Shown here one piece after another: positions 19,050-29,050 of a stretch of DNA of 40,536 nt. Under the pieces are notes generated by a model that saw only the letters and a list, made by a program, of their open reading frames with translations, was not told the origin of the DNA and ran no database searches. A program made the position numbers and the translations under genes. The DNA comes from Pseudomonadota bacterium (GTDB taxonomy: Bacteria > Pseudomonadota > Alphaproteobacteria > Acetobacterales > Acetobacteraceae). Within the stretch, counting starts at the first letter, position 1; each line of letters starts with the position of its first letter. Location: assembly GCA_021819535.1 (NCBI GenBank), contig JAKAQU010000001.1, forward strand, positions 1 through 40,536, in the 5' to 3' direction.

Positions 19050-20486
19050 ATGCCCGATCGCATGCTGAAATTCGTTCATCTTGCCCAACAGATGCCGAAC
19101 AAGCGCGACCTTGCCGCGCGGCGCAGCGATTTCAACGAAATATACGAGCGTTTCGACCGCAAAGCGGCGGCGGCGCAGGCGAGCCGCTGCAGCCAATGCG
19201 GCGTGCCGTTCTGCTCGGTGCACTGCCCGCTCCACAACAATATCCCGGACTGGCTGAAACTCACCGCCGAGGGGCGGCTCGAGGAAGCCTACGCACTCAG
19301 CAGCGCCACCAATAATTTCCCCGAGATCTGTGGTCGCATCTGCCCGCAGGATCGGCTGTGCGAGGGCAATTGCGTCATCGAGAAGGGCTATGAGAGCGTC
19401 ACCATCGGCGCCGTCGAGCGCTTCATCACCGATACCGCCTTCGCCGAGGGCTGGGTCGCGCCGCGGCGGCCGGCGCACGAACTCGGCCTTTCGGTCGGCA
19501 TCATCGGCGCGGGGCCGGCTGGGCTCGCGGCGGCGGAGGAACTGCGCGCCCGCGGCTATACCGTCCATGTTTACGACCGGCACGATCGTATCGGCGGGCT
19601 GATGATCTATGGCATCCCGAATTTCAAGCTCGAGAAGGAGATCGTGCTCCGCCGCTCGCAGCTTTTGACCGAGGCCGGGGTGCAGTTCCACACCAATATC
19701 GCGATCGGCCGCGATATCAGCTTCGCCGAGCTTCGCGCCCGCCATGCCGCCCTCCTGATCGCGACCGGCGTCTATCAACCGCGCGAGATCGCCGGCCCGG
19801 GCTCGGGCATCCCCGGCATCGTGCCCGCGCTCGATTATCTGATCGCCGCCAACCGCAAGGGCCTCGGCGATGACGTTCCCGCCTTCGATAGCGGCGATCT
19901 GAATGCCGCCGGCAAGCGGGTCGTCGTCATCGGCGGCGGCGATACCGCCATGGATTGCGTGCGGACGGCGGTTCGCCAGGGCGCGCGCTCGGTGCAATGC
20001 CTCTATCGCCGCGACCGCGCCAATATGCCGGGCTCGCTCCGGGAAGTGAAAAACGCCGAGGAGGAGGGGGTCGAGTTCGTCTGGCTCTCGGCGCCGGAGG
20101 CGTTTCTCGGCGATGAGAGGGTGCGCGGCGTGCGCGCGGTCCGCATGCGGCTCGGTCTGCCCGACGCCTCCGGGCGGCAATCGGTCGAGCCGGTGGAAGA
20201 GAGCCATTTCACCGTCCCCGCCGATCTCGTGATCAAGGCGCTCGGCTTCGACCCCGAGCCGCTCCCCGCCATGTTCGACGAGCCGGGCCTCGAGGTGACG
20301 CGGCACGGAACCCTCCGCATCAGCCCGCGCGCGTTCATGACCAGTCTTTCCGGCGTGTTCGCTGCCGGTGACATCGTGCGGGGCGCGAGCCTCGTCGTCT
20401 GGGCGATCCGCGACGGTCGTGATGCGGCGGCGCGCATCCATGCCTGGCTCGGCCAGCAAGCGAGCCTGCGGGAGGCCGCGGAATGA
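19050..20486 (+). CDS. gltD: Glutamate synthase (NADPH) small subunit
   Basis: RCSQCGVPFC...CP..NNIPDW, GRICPQDRLCEG.C, GAGPAGL, VIGGGDTAMDC, YRRD...MPGS, GD..RGASLVVWAI.DGR. Confidence 0.96.
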   Translation: MPDRMLKFVHLAQQMPNKRDLAARRSDFNEIYERFDRKAAAAQASRCSQCGVPFCSVHCPLHNNIPDWLKLTAEGRLEEAYALSSATNNFPEICGRICPQDRLCEGNCVIEKGYESVTIGAVERFITDTAFAEGWVAPRRPAHELGLSVGIIGAGPAGLAAAEELRARGYTVHVYDRHDRIGGLMIYGIPNFKLEKEIVLRRSQLLTEAGVQFHTNIAIGRDISFAELRARHAALLIATGVYQPREIAGPGSGIPGIVPALDYLIAANRKGLGDDVPAFDSGDLNAAGKRVVVIGGGDTAMDCVRTAVRQGARSVQCLYRRDRANMPGSLREVKNAEEEGVEFVWLSAPEAFLGDERVRGVRAVRMRLGLPDASGRQSVEPVEESHFTVPADLVIKALGFDPEPLPAMFDEPGLEVTRHGTLRISPRAFMTSLSGVFAAGDIVRGASLVVWAIRDGRDAAARIHAWLGQQASLREAAE

Positions 20487-20974
20487 GGCCCCTCTTCCCT
20501 GCCCTCGCCCTTCTCTCCTCTCTCGCCACACTCGCGCCATGCGCCGCCGGCGCCGATGACGCAGCCCTGCACGAGGCGGAAACGCTCGCGGATATCACCG
20601 CACCCGAAGCGACGATGTCGCAAATCCTCGGCCTGATGCGCGAGCGCCTGATCACGATCATCGCCGCCGCCGGCGCGCCTTCGACGGACGAGGCCCGTAA
20701 GATCGTCGATGACGTTCTGATGCCGGATTTTCATGCCGCCCTCCCCGCACTCAAGCAGCAGATCGCGGCGATCTGGGCGGGCTCGCTCTCCGCCGACGAT
20801 CTCCGCGCCACCATCGCCTTTTATCGGACGCCGGCGGGCCGGCACCTGCTCGCGGCAACACCGCGAATCACCACCAAATCTTTCCAGGTGGGCGCGATGT
20901 GGGGCCAGAAAATCGCCCGCGACGCGGTCAAGAAACACGCCGACGAATTGCGCAAGCGCGGCATCAGGGTCTGA
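20483..20974 (+). CDS. DUF2059-like exported protein
   Basis: Signal peptide and 'W...LS.DDL....AFY.TPAG..LL' motif. ATGA overlap with gltD. Confidence 0.75.
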   Translation: MRPLFPALALLSSLATLAPCAAGADDAALHEAETLADITAPEATMSQILGLMRERLITIIAAAGAPSTDEARKIVDDVLMPDFHAALPALKQQIAAIWAGSLSADDLRATIAFYRTPAGRHLLAATPRITTKSFQVGAMWGQKIARDAVKKHADELRKRGIRV

Positions 20975-20984
20975 GGAGCACGAG

Positions 20985-23900
20985 ATGAACAGCGAAACCG
21001 GAGCGGATTTTATCGGCGCCTGGGAAAACAATGCCGCGCGCCTCGGCCAGACCTACCGTTCGGCGGACGAGCACGACGCTTGCGGCGTCGGGTTGATCGC
21101 CGCCCTCGATGGCAAAAAGCGGCGCGATGTCGTCGAGGCCGGGATCGCGGCACTCCGCGCGGTCTGGCATCGCGGTGCCGTCGATGCCGATGGCAAGACC
21201 GGCGATGGCGCCGGCATTCATATCGAAATCCCGCAGGATTTCTTCATCGAAGCGGTCGAGCGTGGCGGCGACAAACTCCGCTATCCGGGGCCGATCGCCG
21301 TCGGGCAGGTGTTTTTGCCGAAAACCGATCTTTCGGCGCAGGAGCATTGCCGCGAAATCGTCGAGAGCGAAATCCTCGCGTTCGGCTATGCAATCTACGG
21401 CTGGCGGCAAGTGCCGATCAATGTCGCTTGCATCGGCGAGAAGGCGAACGCGACGCGGCCCGAGATCGAGCAGATCATGGTCGGCAATGCGCGCGACGCC
21501 GACCCCGAAACCTTCGAGCGCGATCTCTACATCATTCGCCGCCGTATCGAAAAGCTCGCGCAGCAGGCCCAGATTCCGGAACTCTATTTCTGTTCCCTCT
21601 CGGCGCGCTCGATCATCTACAAGGGCATGTTCCTCGCCGAGAGCCTGACAGACTTCTATCCCGATCTTCTCGATCCGCGTTTCGTCTCGCGCTTCGCGAT
21701 CTATCATCAGCGCTATTCGACCAACACTTTTCCGACCTGGCGTCTCGCCCAACCCTTCCGCACGCTCGCCCATAACGGCGAGATCAACACGCTCGCCGGC
21801 AACGTGAACTGGATGAAAAGCCATGAGACACGGCTCGCCGCGGGGCAGCTCGATCCCTATCTCGATGACATCAAGCCGGTGGTGCAGGCGGGTGGCTCGG
21901 ATACCGCGATCCTCGATAATGTCTTTGAACTTCTCGTCCATGCCGGGCGTGATGCGCCGATGGCAAAAGCACTGATGATCCCGGCAAGCATCGGCCAGGA
22001 CGCGACGATGCCGAAAGCGCATCGCGACATGTTCCTCTATTGCAACGCAGTGATGGAGCCGTGGGACGGGCCGGCGGCGGTGACGGCGACCGACGGGCGC
22101 TGGCTCATCGCCGGGCTCGACCGCAATGGCCTCCGCCCGCTGCGCTACACCATCACGCGCGGTCATCTTCTCATCGTCGGCTCCGAGACCGGCATGGTGA
22201 AACTCGATGAGGTCGATATCATCGAGAAAGGCCGCGTCGGCCCCGGCCAGACGATTGCCGTCGATCTCGACCATGCGCGCTTCTACAGTGATGCCGAACT
22301 CAAGGACCGGCTGGCCGCGCGTCATGATTTCGGCAACTGGGTCAAGCATATTCGCGAAATCGACCATATCGTGAAGGCGGATGCGAGCGAGCCTGTGGCG
22401 TTCGAGGGCGAAGCCCTTAGGCGGCGGCAGATCGCGGTCGGTGTTTCTCTTGAGGATCTTGAGACGATCCTTCACCCGATGGTCGAAGATGCGAACGAGG
22501 CGATCGGCAGCATGGGCGATGATACGCCGATCGCCGTGCTCTCTGAGCGCTATCGCGGGCTGCATCACTATTTCCGTCAGGCCTTCAGCCAGGTGACCAA
22601 CCCGCCGATCGATAGTTTGCGCGAAACCCGCGTCATGTCGCTCAAAACCCGGCTTGGCAATCTCGGCAACGTGCTCGATGAAGACGCAAGCCAGTGCGAT
22701 TTGTTGCAGCTTGAGAGCCCGGTTTTGTCGAACGCCGAGTTCCAGGCGATGACCGAGTATATGGGCGGCTCCGCGGTCATCGTCGATTGCACGTTCGAGG
22801 CAGCCGAGGGTGACGCGGGGTTGCGCACAGCGCTCGATCGCGTGCGGCGCGAGGCGGAAGAGGGGGTGCGCGCCGGCGCGACCCATGTCATCCTCACCGA
22901 TGAAGGATTTTGTGAAAGCCGCGTGCCAATTCCGATGATTTTGGCGACCGGCGCCGTCCACACCCATCTCGTGCGCCAGAGTCTCCGCACCTTCACCTCT
23001 CTCAATGTCCGCGCCGCCGAATGTCTCGATGTCCATTATTTCGCGGTCCTTATCGGCGTCGGCGCGACGACGGTGAATGCCTATCTCGCGCAGGAGGCGA
23101 TCGCCGATCGTCAGCGGCGCGGCCTCTTCGGCGGTCTGTCGCTGAAAGAAGCGGTCCAGCGCTTCAAGAAGGCGGTCGATAAGGGCTTGCTCAAAGTGAT
23201 GTCGAAAATGGGCATCGCGGTGATTTCGTCTTATCGCGGCGGCTATAATTTCGAGGCGATCGGGCTTTCGCGTGCCCTGGTCGCGGAGTTCTTTCCCGGC
23301 ATGCCATCGCGCATCTCGGGCATCGGCCTTGCCGGTATCGCGCGCCGCGTGCTCGATCTGCATAAGATCGCCTGGCAGGGCGAAGCCGGGACGCTCCCCA
23401 TCGGCGGGCTCTACAAGCTTCGCCGCCGCGGCGAGGCGCACGGGTTCGATGCCGGTCTCATCCATATTCTGCAAACCGCCGTCGCGACCGACAGCTATAC
23501 CACCTATCGCCGCTATGCGGAGATGGTGCGCAAGATGCCGCCGATCGCGCTTCGCGATCTGCTCGATTTCCGCGGCGGAGAGACAGCCATCCCGATCGAC
23601 GAAGTGGAAAGCATCACCGAAATCAGAAAGCGCCTGCTCGCACCTGGGATTTCGCTCGGCGCACTGAGCCCGGAGGCGCATGAGACGCTCTCGATCGCGA
23701 TGAACAGGATCGGCGCGCGCTCCGATTCCGGCGAGGGCGGGGAGGATCCGGCGCGCGCCGTGCCGCGCCCGAACGGCGATAATGCCTCTTCCGCGATCAA
23801 GCAGATCGCGTCCGGCCGTTTCGGTGTCACCGCTGAATATCTCAATAATTGCCGTGAGATCGAGATCAAGGTCGCGCAAGGGGCGAAGCCTGGCGAGGGC

Positions 23901-25514
23901 GGGCAACTGCCGGGTTTCAAAGTGACCGAGCTGATCGCGAAACTCCGCCATGCAACCCCGGGCGTCATGCTGATCAGCCCGCCGCCGCATCATGACATCT
24001 ATTCGATCGAGGATCTGGCGCAGCTCATCTATGATCTGAAGCAGATCAATCCGGAAGCATCGGTTTGCGTCAAGCTTGTCGCACGGAGCGGCATCGGCAC
24101 CATCGCCGCTGGTGTCGCCAAGGCGAAGGCGGATGCGATCCTGATCTCGGGTCATGCCGGCGGCACCGGCGCGAGCCCGCAAAGCTCGATCAAATATGCC
24201 GGTCTGCCTTGGGAGATGGGGTTGTCGGAGACGCATCAGGTTTTGATGTTGAACCGGCTGCGTCATCGCGTGAAACTGCGCACCGATGGCGGCATCAAGA
24301 CCGGGCGTGATGTGGTGATCGCGGCGATGCTGGGGGCGGAGGAATTCGGCATCGGCACGACCTCGCTCATCGCCATGGGCTGCATCATGGTGCGACAATG
24401 CCATTCCAACACCTGCCCGGTCGGCGTCTGCACCCAGGATGAGAAGCTGCGCGCCAAGTTCGAGGGAACGGCGGAGAAGGTGATCAACCTCTTCTCCTTC
24501 ATCGCCGAGGACGTGCGCGGCATTCTCGCCTCTCTCGGCGTGCGCTCGCTCGCCGAAGTGATCGGCCGCACCGACATGCTGCATCAGGTGAGCCGGGGCT
24601 CGGAAATTCTCGACGATCTCGATCTCAACCCGCTATTGGTGCAGGCCGATCCCGGCCCCTATGCACGCTATTGCACGATGACCGGGCGGAACGAAGTGCC
24701 GGAGACGCTGGATGCGCAGATGATCGCCGATGCCTCGGCGTTTTTCGAGCATGGCGAGAAGATGCAGCTTCAATATACGATCCGGAACACGCATCGGGCC
24801 GTGGGCACGAAATTTTCCTCGAAAATCGTCCGCCGGCTCGGCAAGGCGACCCTGCAGCCCGATCATGTGACGGTGCGGCTCCGTGGCTCGGCCGGGCAGT
24901 CGCTCGGCGCGTTCGCCGTCCATGGGCTCAAGCTCGAAGTCTTCGGTGACGCCAACGATTATGTCGGCAAGGGTCTTTCGGGCGCGACCATCGTCGTCCG
25001 CCCGGCGCCGTCTTCGACGCTGCTGAGTTCGGACAACACCATCATCGGCAATACCGTGCTCTATGGCGCGACCTCGGGGGCGTTGTTTGCCGCGGGACAG
25101 GCGGGCGAGCGTTTCGCGGTCCGCAATTCCGGCGCGATCGCGGTGGTCGAGGGCTGCGGTGCCAATGGCTGCGAATACATGACCGGCGGCACGGTGGTCA
25201 TTCTCGGCGCTGTCGGCGATAATTTCGGCGCCGGCTTCACCGGCGGCATGGCCTTCGTCTATGACCCGGTGGGGGTATTCGAAAAACGCCTCAACCCCGA
25301 TACGCTGACCTTGCAGCGCGTCGCGAGCCACCATTGGGAAGCGGTTCTGCGCGAGCTTATCACGCGCCATGTGCGTGAAACGCAAAGCCGTTATGCGGCC
25401 ATGATCCTGCATGATTGGGATCGCGCGCTGCCGCATTTCTGGCAGGTGGTGCCGAAGGAATTTGTAAAATACCTCCCCGAGAAACTCACCGAGGAGGCGG
25501 CGCGCATCGCCTGA
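20985..25514 (+). CDS. gltB: Glutamate synthase (NADPH) large subunit
   Basis: EHDACGVG, HRGA, HQRYSTNTFP, HNGEIN, EPWDGP, KQIASGRFGV, QGAKPGEGGQLPG, CIMVRQCHSNTCPVGV, GXGXG domain. ATG 20985 after GAGGAG. Confidence 0.98.
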   Translation: MNSETGADFIGAWENNAARLGQTYRSADEHDACGVGLIAALDGKKRRDVVEAGIAALRAVWHRGAVDADGKTGDGAGIHIEIPQDFFIEAVERGGDKLRYPGPIAVGQVFLPKTDLSAQEHCREIVESEILAFGYAIYGWRQVPINVACIGEKANATRPEIEQIMVGNARDADPETFERDLYIIRRRIEKLAQQAQIPELYFCSLSARSIIYKGMFLAESLTDFYPDLLDPRFVSRFAIYHQRYSTNTFPTWRLAQPFRTLAHNGEINTLAGNVNWMKSHETRLAAGQLDPYLDDIKPVVQAGGSDTAILDNVFELLVHAGRDAPMAKALMIPASIGQDATMPKAHRDMFLYCNAVMEPWDGPAAVTATDGRWLIAGLDRNGLRPLRYTITRGHLLIVGSETGMVKLDEVDIIEKGRVGPGQTIAVDLDHARFYSDAELKDRLAARHDFGNWVKHIREIDHIVKADASEPVAFEGEALRRRQIAVGVSLEDLETILHPMVEDANEAIGSMGDDTPIAVLSERYRGLHHYFRQAFSQVTNPPIDSLRETRVMSLKTRLGNLGNVLDEDASQCDLLQLESPVLSNAEFQAMTEYMGGSAVIVDCTFEAAEGDAGLRTALDRVRREAEEGVRAGATHVILTDEGFCESRVPIPMILATGAVHTHLVRQSLRTFTSLNVRAAECLDVHYFAVLIGVGATTVNAYLAQEAIADRQRRGLFGGLSLKEAVQRFKKAVDKGLLKVMSKMGIAVISSYRGGYNFEAIGLSRALVAEFFPGMPSRISGIGLAGIARRVLDLHKIAWQGEAGTLPIGGLYKLRRRGEAHGFDAGLIHILQTAVATDSYTTYRRYAEMVRKMPPIALRDLLDFRGGETAIPIDEVESITEIRKRLLAPGISLGALSPEAHETLSIAMNRIGARSDSGEGGEDPARAVPRPNGDNASSAIKQIASGRFGVTAEYLNNCREIEIKVAQGAKPGEGGQLPGFKVTELIAKLRHATPGVMLISPPPHHDIYSIEDLAQLIYDLKQINPEASVCVKLVARSGIGTIAAGVAKAKADAILISGHAGGTGASPQSSIKYAGLPWEMGLSETHQVLMLNRLRHRVKLRTDGGIKTGRDVVIAAMLGAEEFGIGTTSLIAMGCIMVRQCHSNTCPVGVCTQDEKLRAKFEGTAEKVINLFSFIAEDVRGILASLGVRSLAEVIGRTDMLHQVSRGSEILDDLDLNPLLVQADPGPYARYCTMTGRNEVPETLDAQMIADASAFFEHGEKMQLQYTIRNTHRAVGTKFSSKIVRRLGKATLQPDHVTVRLRGSAGQSLGAFAVHGLKLEVFGDANDYVGKGLSGATIVVRPAPSSTLLSSDNTIIGNTVLYGATSGALFAAGQAGERFAVRNSGAIAVVEGCGANGCEYMTGGTVVILGAVGDNFGAGFTGGMAFVYDPVGVFEKRLNPDTLTLQRVASHHWEAVLRELITRHVRETQSRYAAMILHDWDRALPHFWQVVPKEFVKYLPEKLTEEAARIA

Positions 25515-25527
25515 GACCTATCGCCGA

Positions 25528-25550
25528 AGGGGGCGAAAACGACGCCCCCT
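25528..25550. terminator. Hairpin between convergent gltB and msrB (possible bidirectional terminator)
   Basis: AGGGGGCG-AAAACGA-CGCCCCCT. Confidence 0.5.
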
Positions 25551-25551
25551 G

Positions 25552-26004
25552 TCACTTATCCGGGGTCTCTTCGCCTTCCGGCACGAAAGCGAGGGCGGCG
25601 CCGTTCATGCAGTAGCGCATTCTGGTCGGTGCCGGGCCGTCCGGGAATTTGTGACCGAGATGGCCGCCGCATTGCGCGCAATGGATTTCGGTGCGCACCA
25701 TGAACAGGCTGCGATCCTCGCGCTCGCCAACCGCTTGTTCCGCGATCGGGGCGAAGAAACTTGGCCAGCCGGTGCCGCTCTCGAATTTCGTCGCCGATGA
25801 AAAAACCGGCGCACCGCAGCCGGCACAGCAAAAAACGCCCTGACGCTCTTCATCGTTGAGCGGGCTCGTGCCGGCGCGCTCGGTCGCGTGCTCGCGCAGG
25901 ACCGCGTGTTGCATCGGGGTCAGGCATGACCGCCATTCCTCGGGCGATTTTTGCACCGGGAAAACTTCGTCCGTCGTTTTGGCTGACGAAAATAATTTTG
26001 CCAT
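25552..26004 (-). CDS. msrB: Peptide-methionine (R)-S-oxide reductase
   Basis: ATER, CAGC, KFESGTGWPSF, RTEIHCAQCGGHLGH.FPDGP.PT..RYCMN. Confidence 0.96.
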   Translation of the reverse strand: MAKLFSSAKTTDEVFPVQKSPEEWRSCLTPMQHAVLREHATERAGTSPLNDEERQGVFCCAGCGAPVFSSATKFESGTGWPSFFAPIAEQAVGEREDRSLFMVRTEIHCAQCGGHLGHKFPDGPAPTRMRYCMNGAALAFVPEGEETPDK

Positions 26005-26039
26005 CCTTCGTCCTCCTCCTCTTCCCTTTGAGCCTTATT

Positions 26040-26654
26040 CTACACCGAAAATACCGCGGCGAGGAGTGCCGCAAAGGCCCGCGCGCGATGGCTTGCGGCA
26101 TGTTTGCGGGCCGGCGTCATCTCGCCAAAAGTCTCTGTCTCACCGAGCGGGACGAACATCGGATCATAGCCGAACCCGTGCGCCCCGCGCGGCGGCCAGA
26201 CCGCATGGCCTTCGATGCGGCCCAAAAACGTCGCCGTCTCGCCATCCGGCCAGGCGAGGGAAAGCGCCGAGGTAAACCATGCCCGCCGGTCGGGGTTATC
26301 GCCGAGCCGGCGATTGACCTCGGCCATGGCGGCCGCGAAATCCTTCCCCGGCCCCGCCCAGCGGGCGGAATAGACTCCCGGCGCGCCACCGAGCGCGGCG
26401 AGCGAGAAGCCGGAATCATCGGCCAAGGCAGGAAGGCCGCTCGCCCGCGCCGCCGCCTCCGCCTTGATGCGGGCATTGCCGGCGAAATCAGGCGCCGTTT
26501 CCGCGGGCTCGGGGAGGCCGAGCGATCCCGCTGAGACCAGATCGATGTGCTGCGTGCCATCGGGTGCGGCCAGCAATTCGGCGATCTCGGTAAGCTTGCC
26601 GGGATTATGGCTCGCGAGCACGAGGCGTGCCCCGATCGGCAGGCGCCGGGCCAT
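26040..26654 (-). CDS. rdgB: Non-canonical purine NTP pyrophosphatase (RdgB/HAM1)
   Basis: [40 protein letters not shown]. Confidence 0.95.
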   Translation of the reverse strand: MARRLPIGARLVLASHNPGKLTEIAELLAAPDGTQHIDLVSAGSLGLPEPAETAPDFAGNARIKAEAAARASGLPALADDSGFSLAALGGAPGVYSARWAGPGKDFAAAMAEVNRRLGDNPDRRAWFTSALSLAWPDGETATFLGRIEGHAVWPPRGAHGFGYDPMFVPLGETETFGEMTPARKHAASHRARAFAALLAAVFSV

Positions 26655-27382
26655 CAACCGAGCGCTGCCCGCTGGAGTGCGAATAGCTCTTCCGCCCCCC
26701 TCCGCGCAAGGCCGAGCAGCGCCGTGAGTTCGGCTTCGGAAAACGGCTTCCCCTCCGCCGTCGCCTGCACCTCGACGAGGCCGTCCTGATCGGTGAGAAC
26801 GAAATTGGCATCGGCTTCGGCGCCTGAATCCTCGTCATAATCGAGATCGAGCACCGTCGCGCCGGCGACGACACCACAGGAAACCGCGGCAACCTGGGCG
26901 CGAAGCGGGGACGCCTTGATGACGCGCATCCGCTCCAGATGGCGGCAGGCGAGCGCAAGCGCGACATAGCCGCCGGTGATGGCCGCACAGCGCGTGCCGC
27001 CATCGGCGTTCAGGACGTCGCAATCGAGGGTGATCGTCATTTCGCCGAGTGCCGCCCGATCGACCACGGCGCGGAGCGCGCGGCCGATCAGACGCTGGAT
27101 CTCCTGGGTGCGGCCGGATTGCTTGCCGCGCGCCGCCTCGCGGTCGCCGCGGGTATGGGTCGCGCGCGGCAGCATGCCGTATTCCGCCGTCACCCAGCCT
27201 TGGCCGGTGCCGCGCAGAAAACCCGGGACACGGCCCTCGACGCTGGCGGCACACAGAACCTCCGTCCCCCCGATGCGGATCAGGCAGGAACCTTCGGCAT
27301 GGCGGGCAAAGCCGGGCTCGAGCGAGACCGGACGGAGCGCATCGGCGGCGCGCGCGAGGCGGCGCGATGTAGTCGTATTCAT
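26654..27382 (-). CDS. rph: Ribonuclease PH
   Basis: [68 protein letters not shown]. Confidence 0.97.
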   Translation of the reverse strand: MNTTTSRRLARAADALRPVSLEPGFARHAEGSCLIRIGGTEVLCAASVEGRVPGFLRGTGQGWVTAEYGMLPRATHTRGDREAARGKQSGRTQEIQRLIGRALRAVVDRAALGEMTITLDCDVLNADGGTRCAAITGGYVALALACRHLERMRVIKASPLRAQVAAVSCGVVAGATVLDLDYDEDSGAEADANFVLTDQDGLVEVQATAEGKPFSEAELTALLGLARRGAEELFALQRAALG

Positions 27383-27447
27383 GGGATCGGGTTTCCTCGA
27401 AATTGATCGCGGGCGGCGGTTATAGCCCGCGCCGGCAGGGAGACAAA

Positions 27448-28821
27448 TCACCTCGAAATGGCGGAAGCCGGCGCGGGCGCGCCGAGCGGCAGGGTCAGGC
27501 GTACCGAGGCACCTCCCTCGGGGGCGCGGCCGATCTCGATCCGACCGCCGAGCGCGCGTACCCGCTCGCTGACGCCAAGGAGCCCGAAGCCGAGGCGCTG
27601 GCCGGGCGCAAAGCCCCGTCCGTTATCATTGATGCAGAGTTCGAGCACCCGCGCGCCGGCCGCGTGCGTCTCATGAAGCCGAACCCAGAGCGCGTTCGCC
27701 CCGGCATGGCGCACGATATTGGTGAGGCATTCCTGCACCGCGCGGTAAAGTGCGAGGCCAATCGCTTCATTATCCCGGCCGAGATCGACCGGATCGATCT
27801 CCGGCGTGCAGCGAAGCTCGGGATAGCGTTGCTGCCAGGCGAGGAAAACCTGCGAAAGGGCCGCATTCAGCCCGAGTTCGTCGAGCACCAATGGGCGGAG
27901 ACGTTCGAGCAGCCGGGTGGTGATGCCCTGGATGCCGTCGGTGAGTGCCGCGATCGCGCGGGCGCGCTCGGCGATCGCGGGCAGGGCCGGCGTTGCGCCC
28001 CCCAGCATGCGCAAAATACCGGCGACATCGGCGCGAATGGCGAACAGGGCCGGGCCGAACGCGTCGTGCAATTCATGGGCGAGGTCTTTCCGCTCCTCCT
28101 CCTGGAGCGAGATCAGCTTGTCGATCAGGCGGTGATTATCCTCGCTCAAGCGGCCGAGCGAGCGGGCGAGGCTGTCGAAACGCACGCCGATGCGGTGCAA
28201 TTCCCTAACCCTTATCGGCGTGAGCGCGATATCGAAATACCCCTGTTCAAGTTGGTCGAGCGCCTCGGCGAGATCGCGAATGGGCCTGAGCGCGACATGG
28301 ACGAGGATGACGAGAGTGGCGGTGATGACGAGTACGACGGCGCCGAGAAGGGCTGCGAGAAAGCGCAATTCGCCCCAGATCTCGCGCATTTCGTCGAGCG
28401 GATTGGGCATCAATAGCACCGCGCCATAAGTGGTGCCGCCGCGAAGAATGGGAAAGCTCAGCGGCGATGCCGGCACCGCGAGGAGGCGCGCGAAAAGCGG
28501 CGGCACCGAAGCCGCGTCGCCCTTGAAAAAATAGCTCTCGCCGAAGGGAAGAAGATCGAACGCCGGCAGAATCAGGAGATCGACATGGCGCACATTAGGC
28601 AGCACCCGCTCGAGGCGCGAAAACATCGGGCCGGATGCCGTCTCCTCGGCGATATCGGCGAGTTCGGCCCGCACCAGCGTCTCGGCCAGCCGCATACCGG
28701 ACGTGGTTTCGGCCTGCACCCGCAGGCGCCCGAGCCAAACGCTGAAGCCGATCGTGGTGATCAAGCCGAGCAGCAAAACAGCCGCGGGAATAACGATCAG
28801 GCGGGTGCGGAGCGAGATCAT
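27448..28821 (-). CDS. Membrane sensor histidine kinase (HAMP + HisKA_3 + HATPase), MxcQ/PedS2-like
   Basis: Two TMs around a periplasmic domain containing [43 protein letters not shown]....GG. Start ATG 28821. Confidence 0.85.
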   Translation of the reverse strand: MISLRTRLIVIPAAVLLLGLITTIGFSVWLGRLRVQAETTSGMRLAETLVRAELADIAEETASGPMFSRLERVLPNVRHVDLLILPAFDLLPFGESYFFKGDAASVPPLFARLLAVPASPLSFPILRGGTTYGAVLLMPNPLDEMREIWGELRFLAALLGAVVLVITATLVILVHVALRPIRDLAEALDQLEQGYFDIALTPIRVRELHRIGVRFDSLARSLGRLSEDNHRLIDKLISLQEEERKDLAHELHDAFGPALFAIRADVAGILRMLGGATPALPAIAERARAIAALTDGIQGITTRLLERLRPLVLDELGLNAALSQVFLAWQQRYPELRCTPEIDPVDLGRDNEAIGLALYRAVQECLTNIVRHAGANALWVRLHETHAAGARVLELCINDNGRGFAPGQRLGFGLLGVSERVRALGGRIEIGRAPEGGASVRLTLPLGAPAPASAISR

Positions 28822-28905
28822 GGCGATGCGTCGGATCCGGTTTTGCGCACAATGGCGCCGATGTCGGGCGATCGGCAAGGCTGGTTCGCGGCACGCGGGA
28901 GGGGG

Positions 28906-28949
28906 TGCATTTTTTGCAAAAACCATCTGCATATTTTGCAAAAAATGCA
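28906..28949. promoter_or_regulatory. Perfect 16-bp inverted repeat with nested palindromes; putative operator between the divergent kinase and TonB receptor genes
   Basis: TGCATTTTTTGCAAAA-N12-TTTTGCAAAAAATGCA. Confidence 0.65.
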
Positions 28950-29050
28950 TTAAATTTCAGGAGCTTGGGTGCAATCAATGCGATTGACGCAAAAGCCTCG
29001 CGCGCCTAATCGGCAAGACTACGAACACAGAAATGTGAGGGAGGAAGACG

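Noticed and set aside
18710-19068. ORFs of 91-201 aa upstream of gltD
   Set aside because: No RBS or motif support, and the translations reflect A/T tracts of a promoter region.
20733-20984. N-terminal extension of GltB
   Set aside because: Overlaps the DUF2059-like gene. An RBS-supported ATG is present at 20985.
20964-24584. 1206-aa minus-strand ORF, and similar long antisense ORFs at 29006-31225, 19020-20540, 10931-12607 and 34983-36320
   Set aside because: Antisense shadows of well-supported genes caused by high-GC codon bias. No recognisable motifs.
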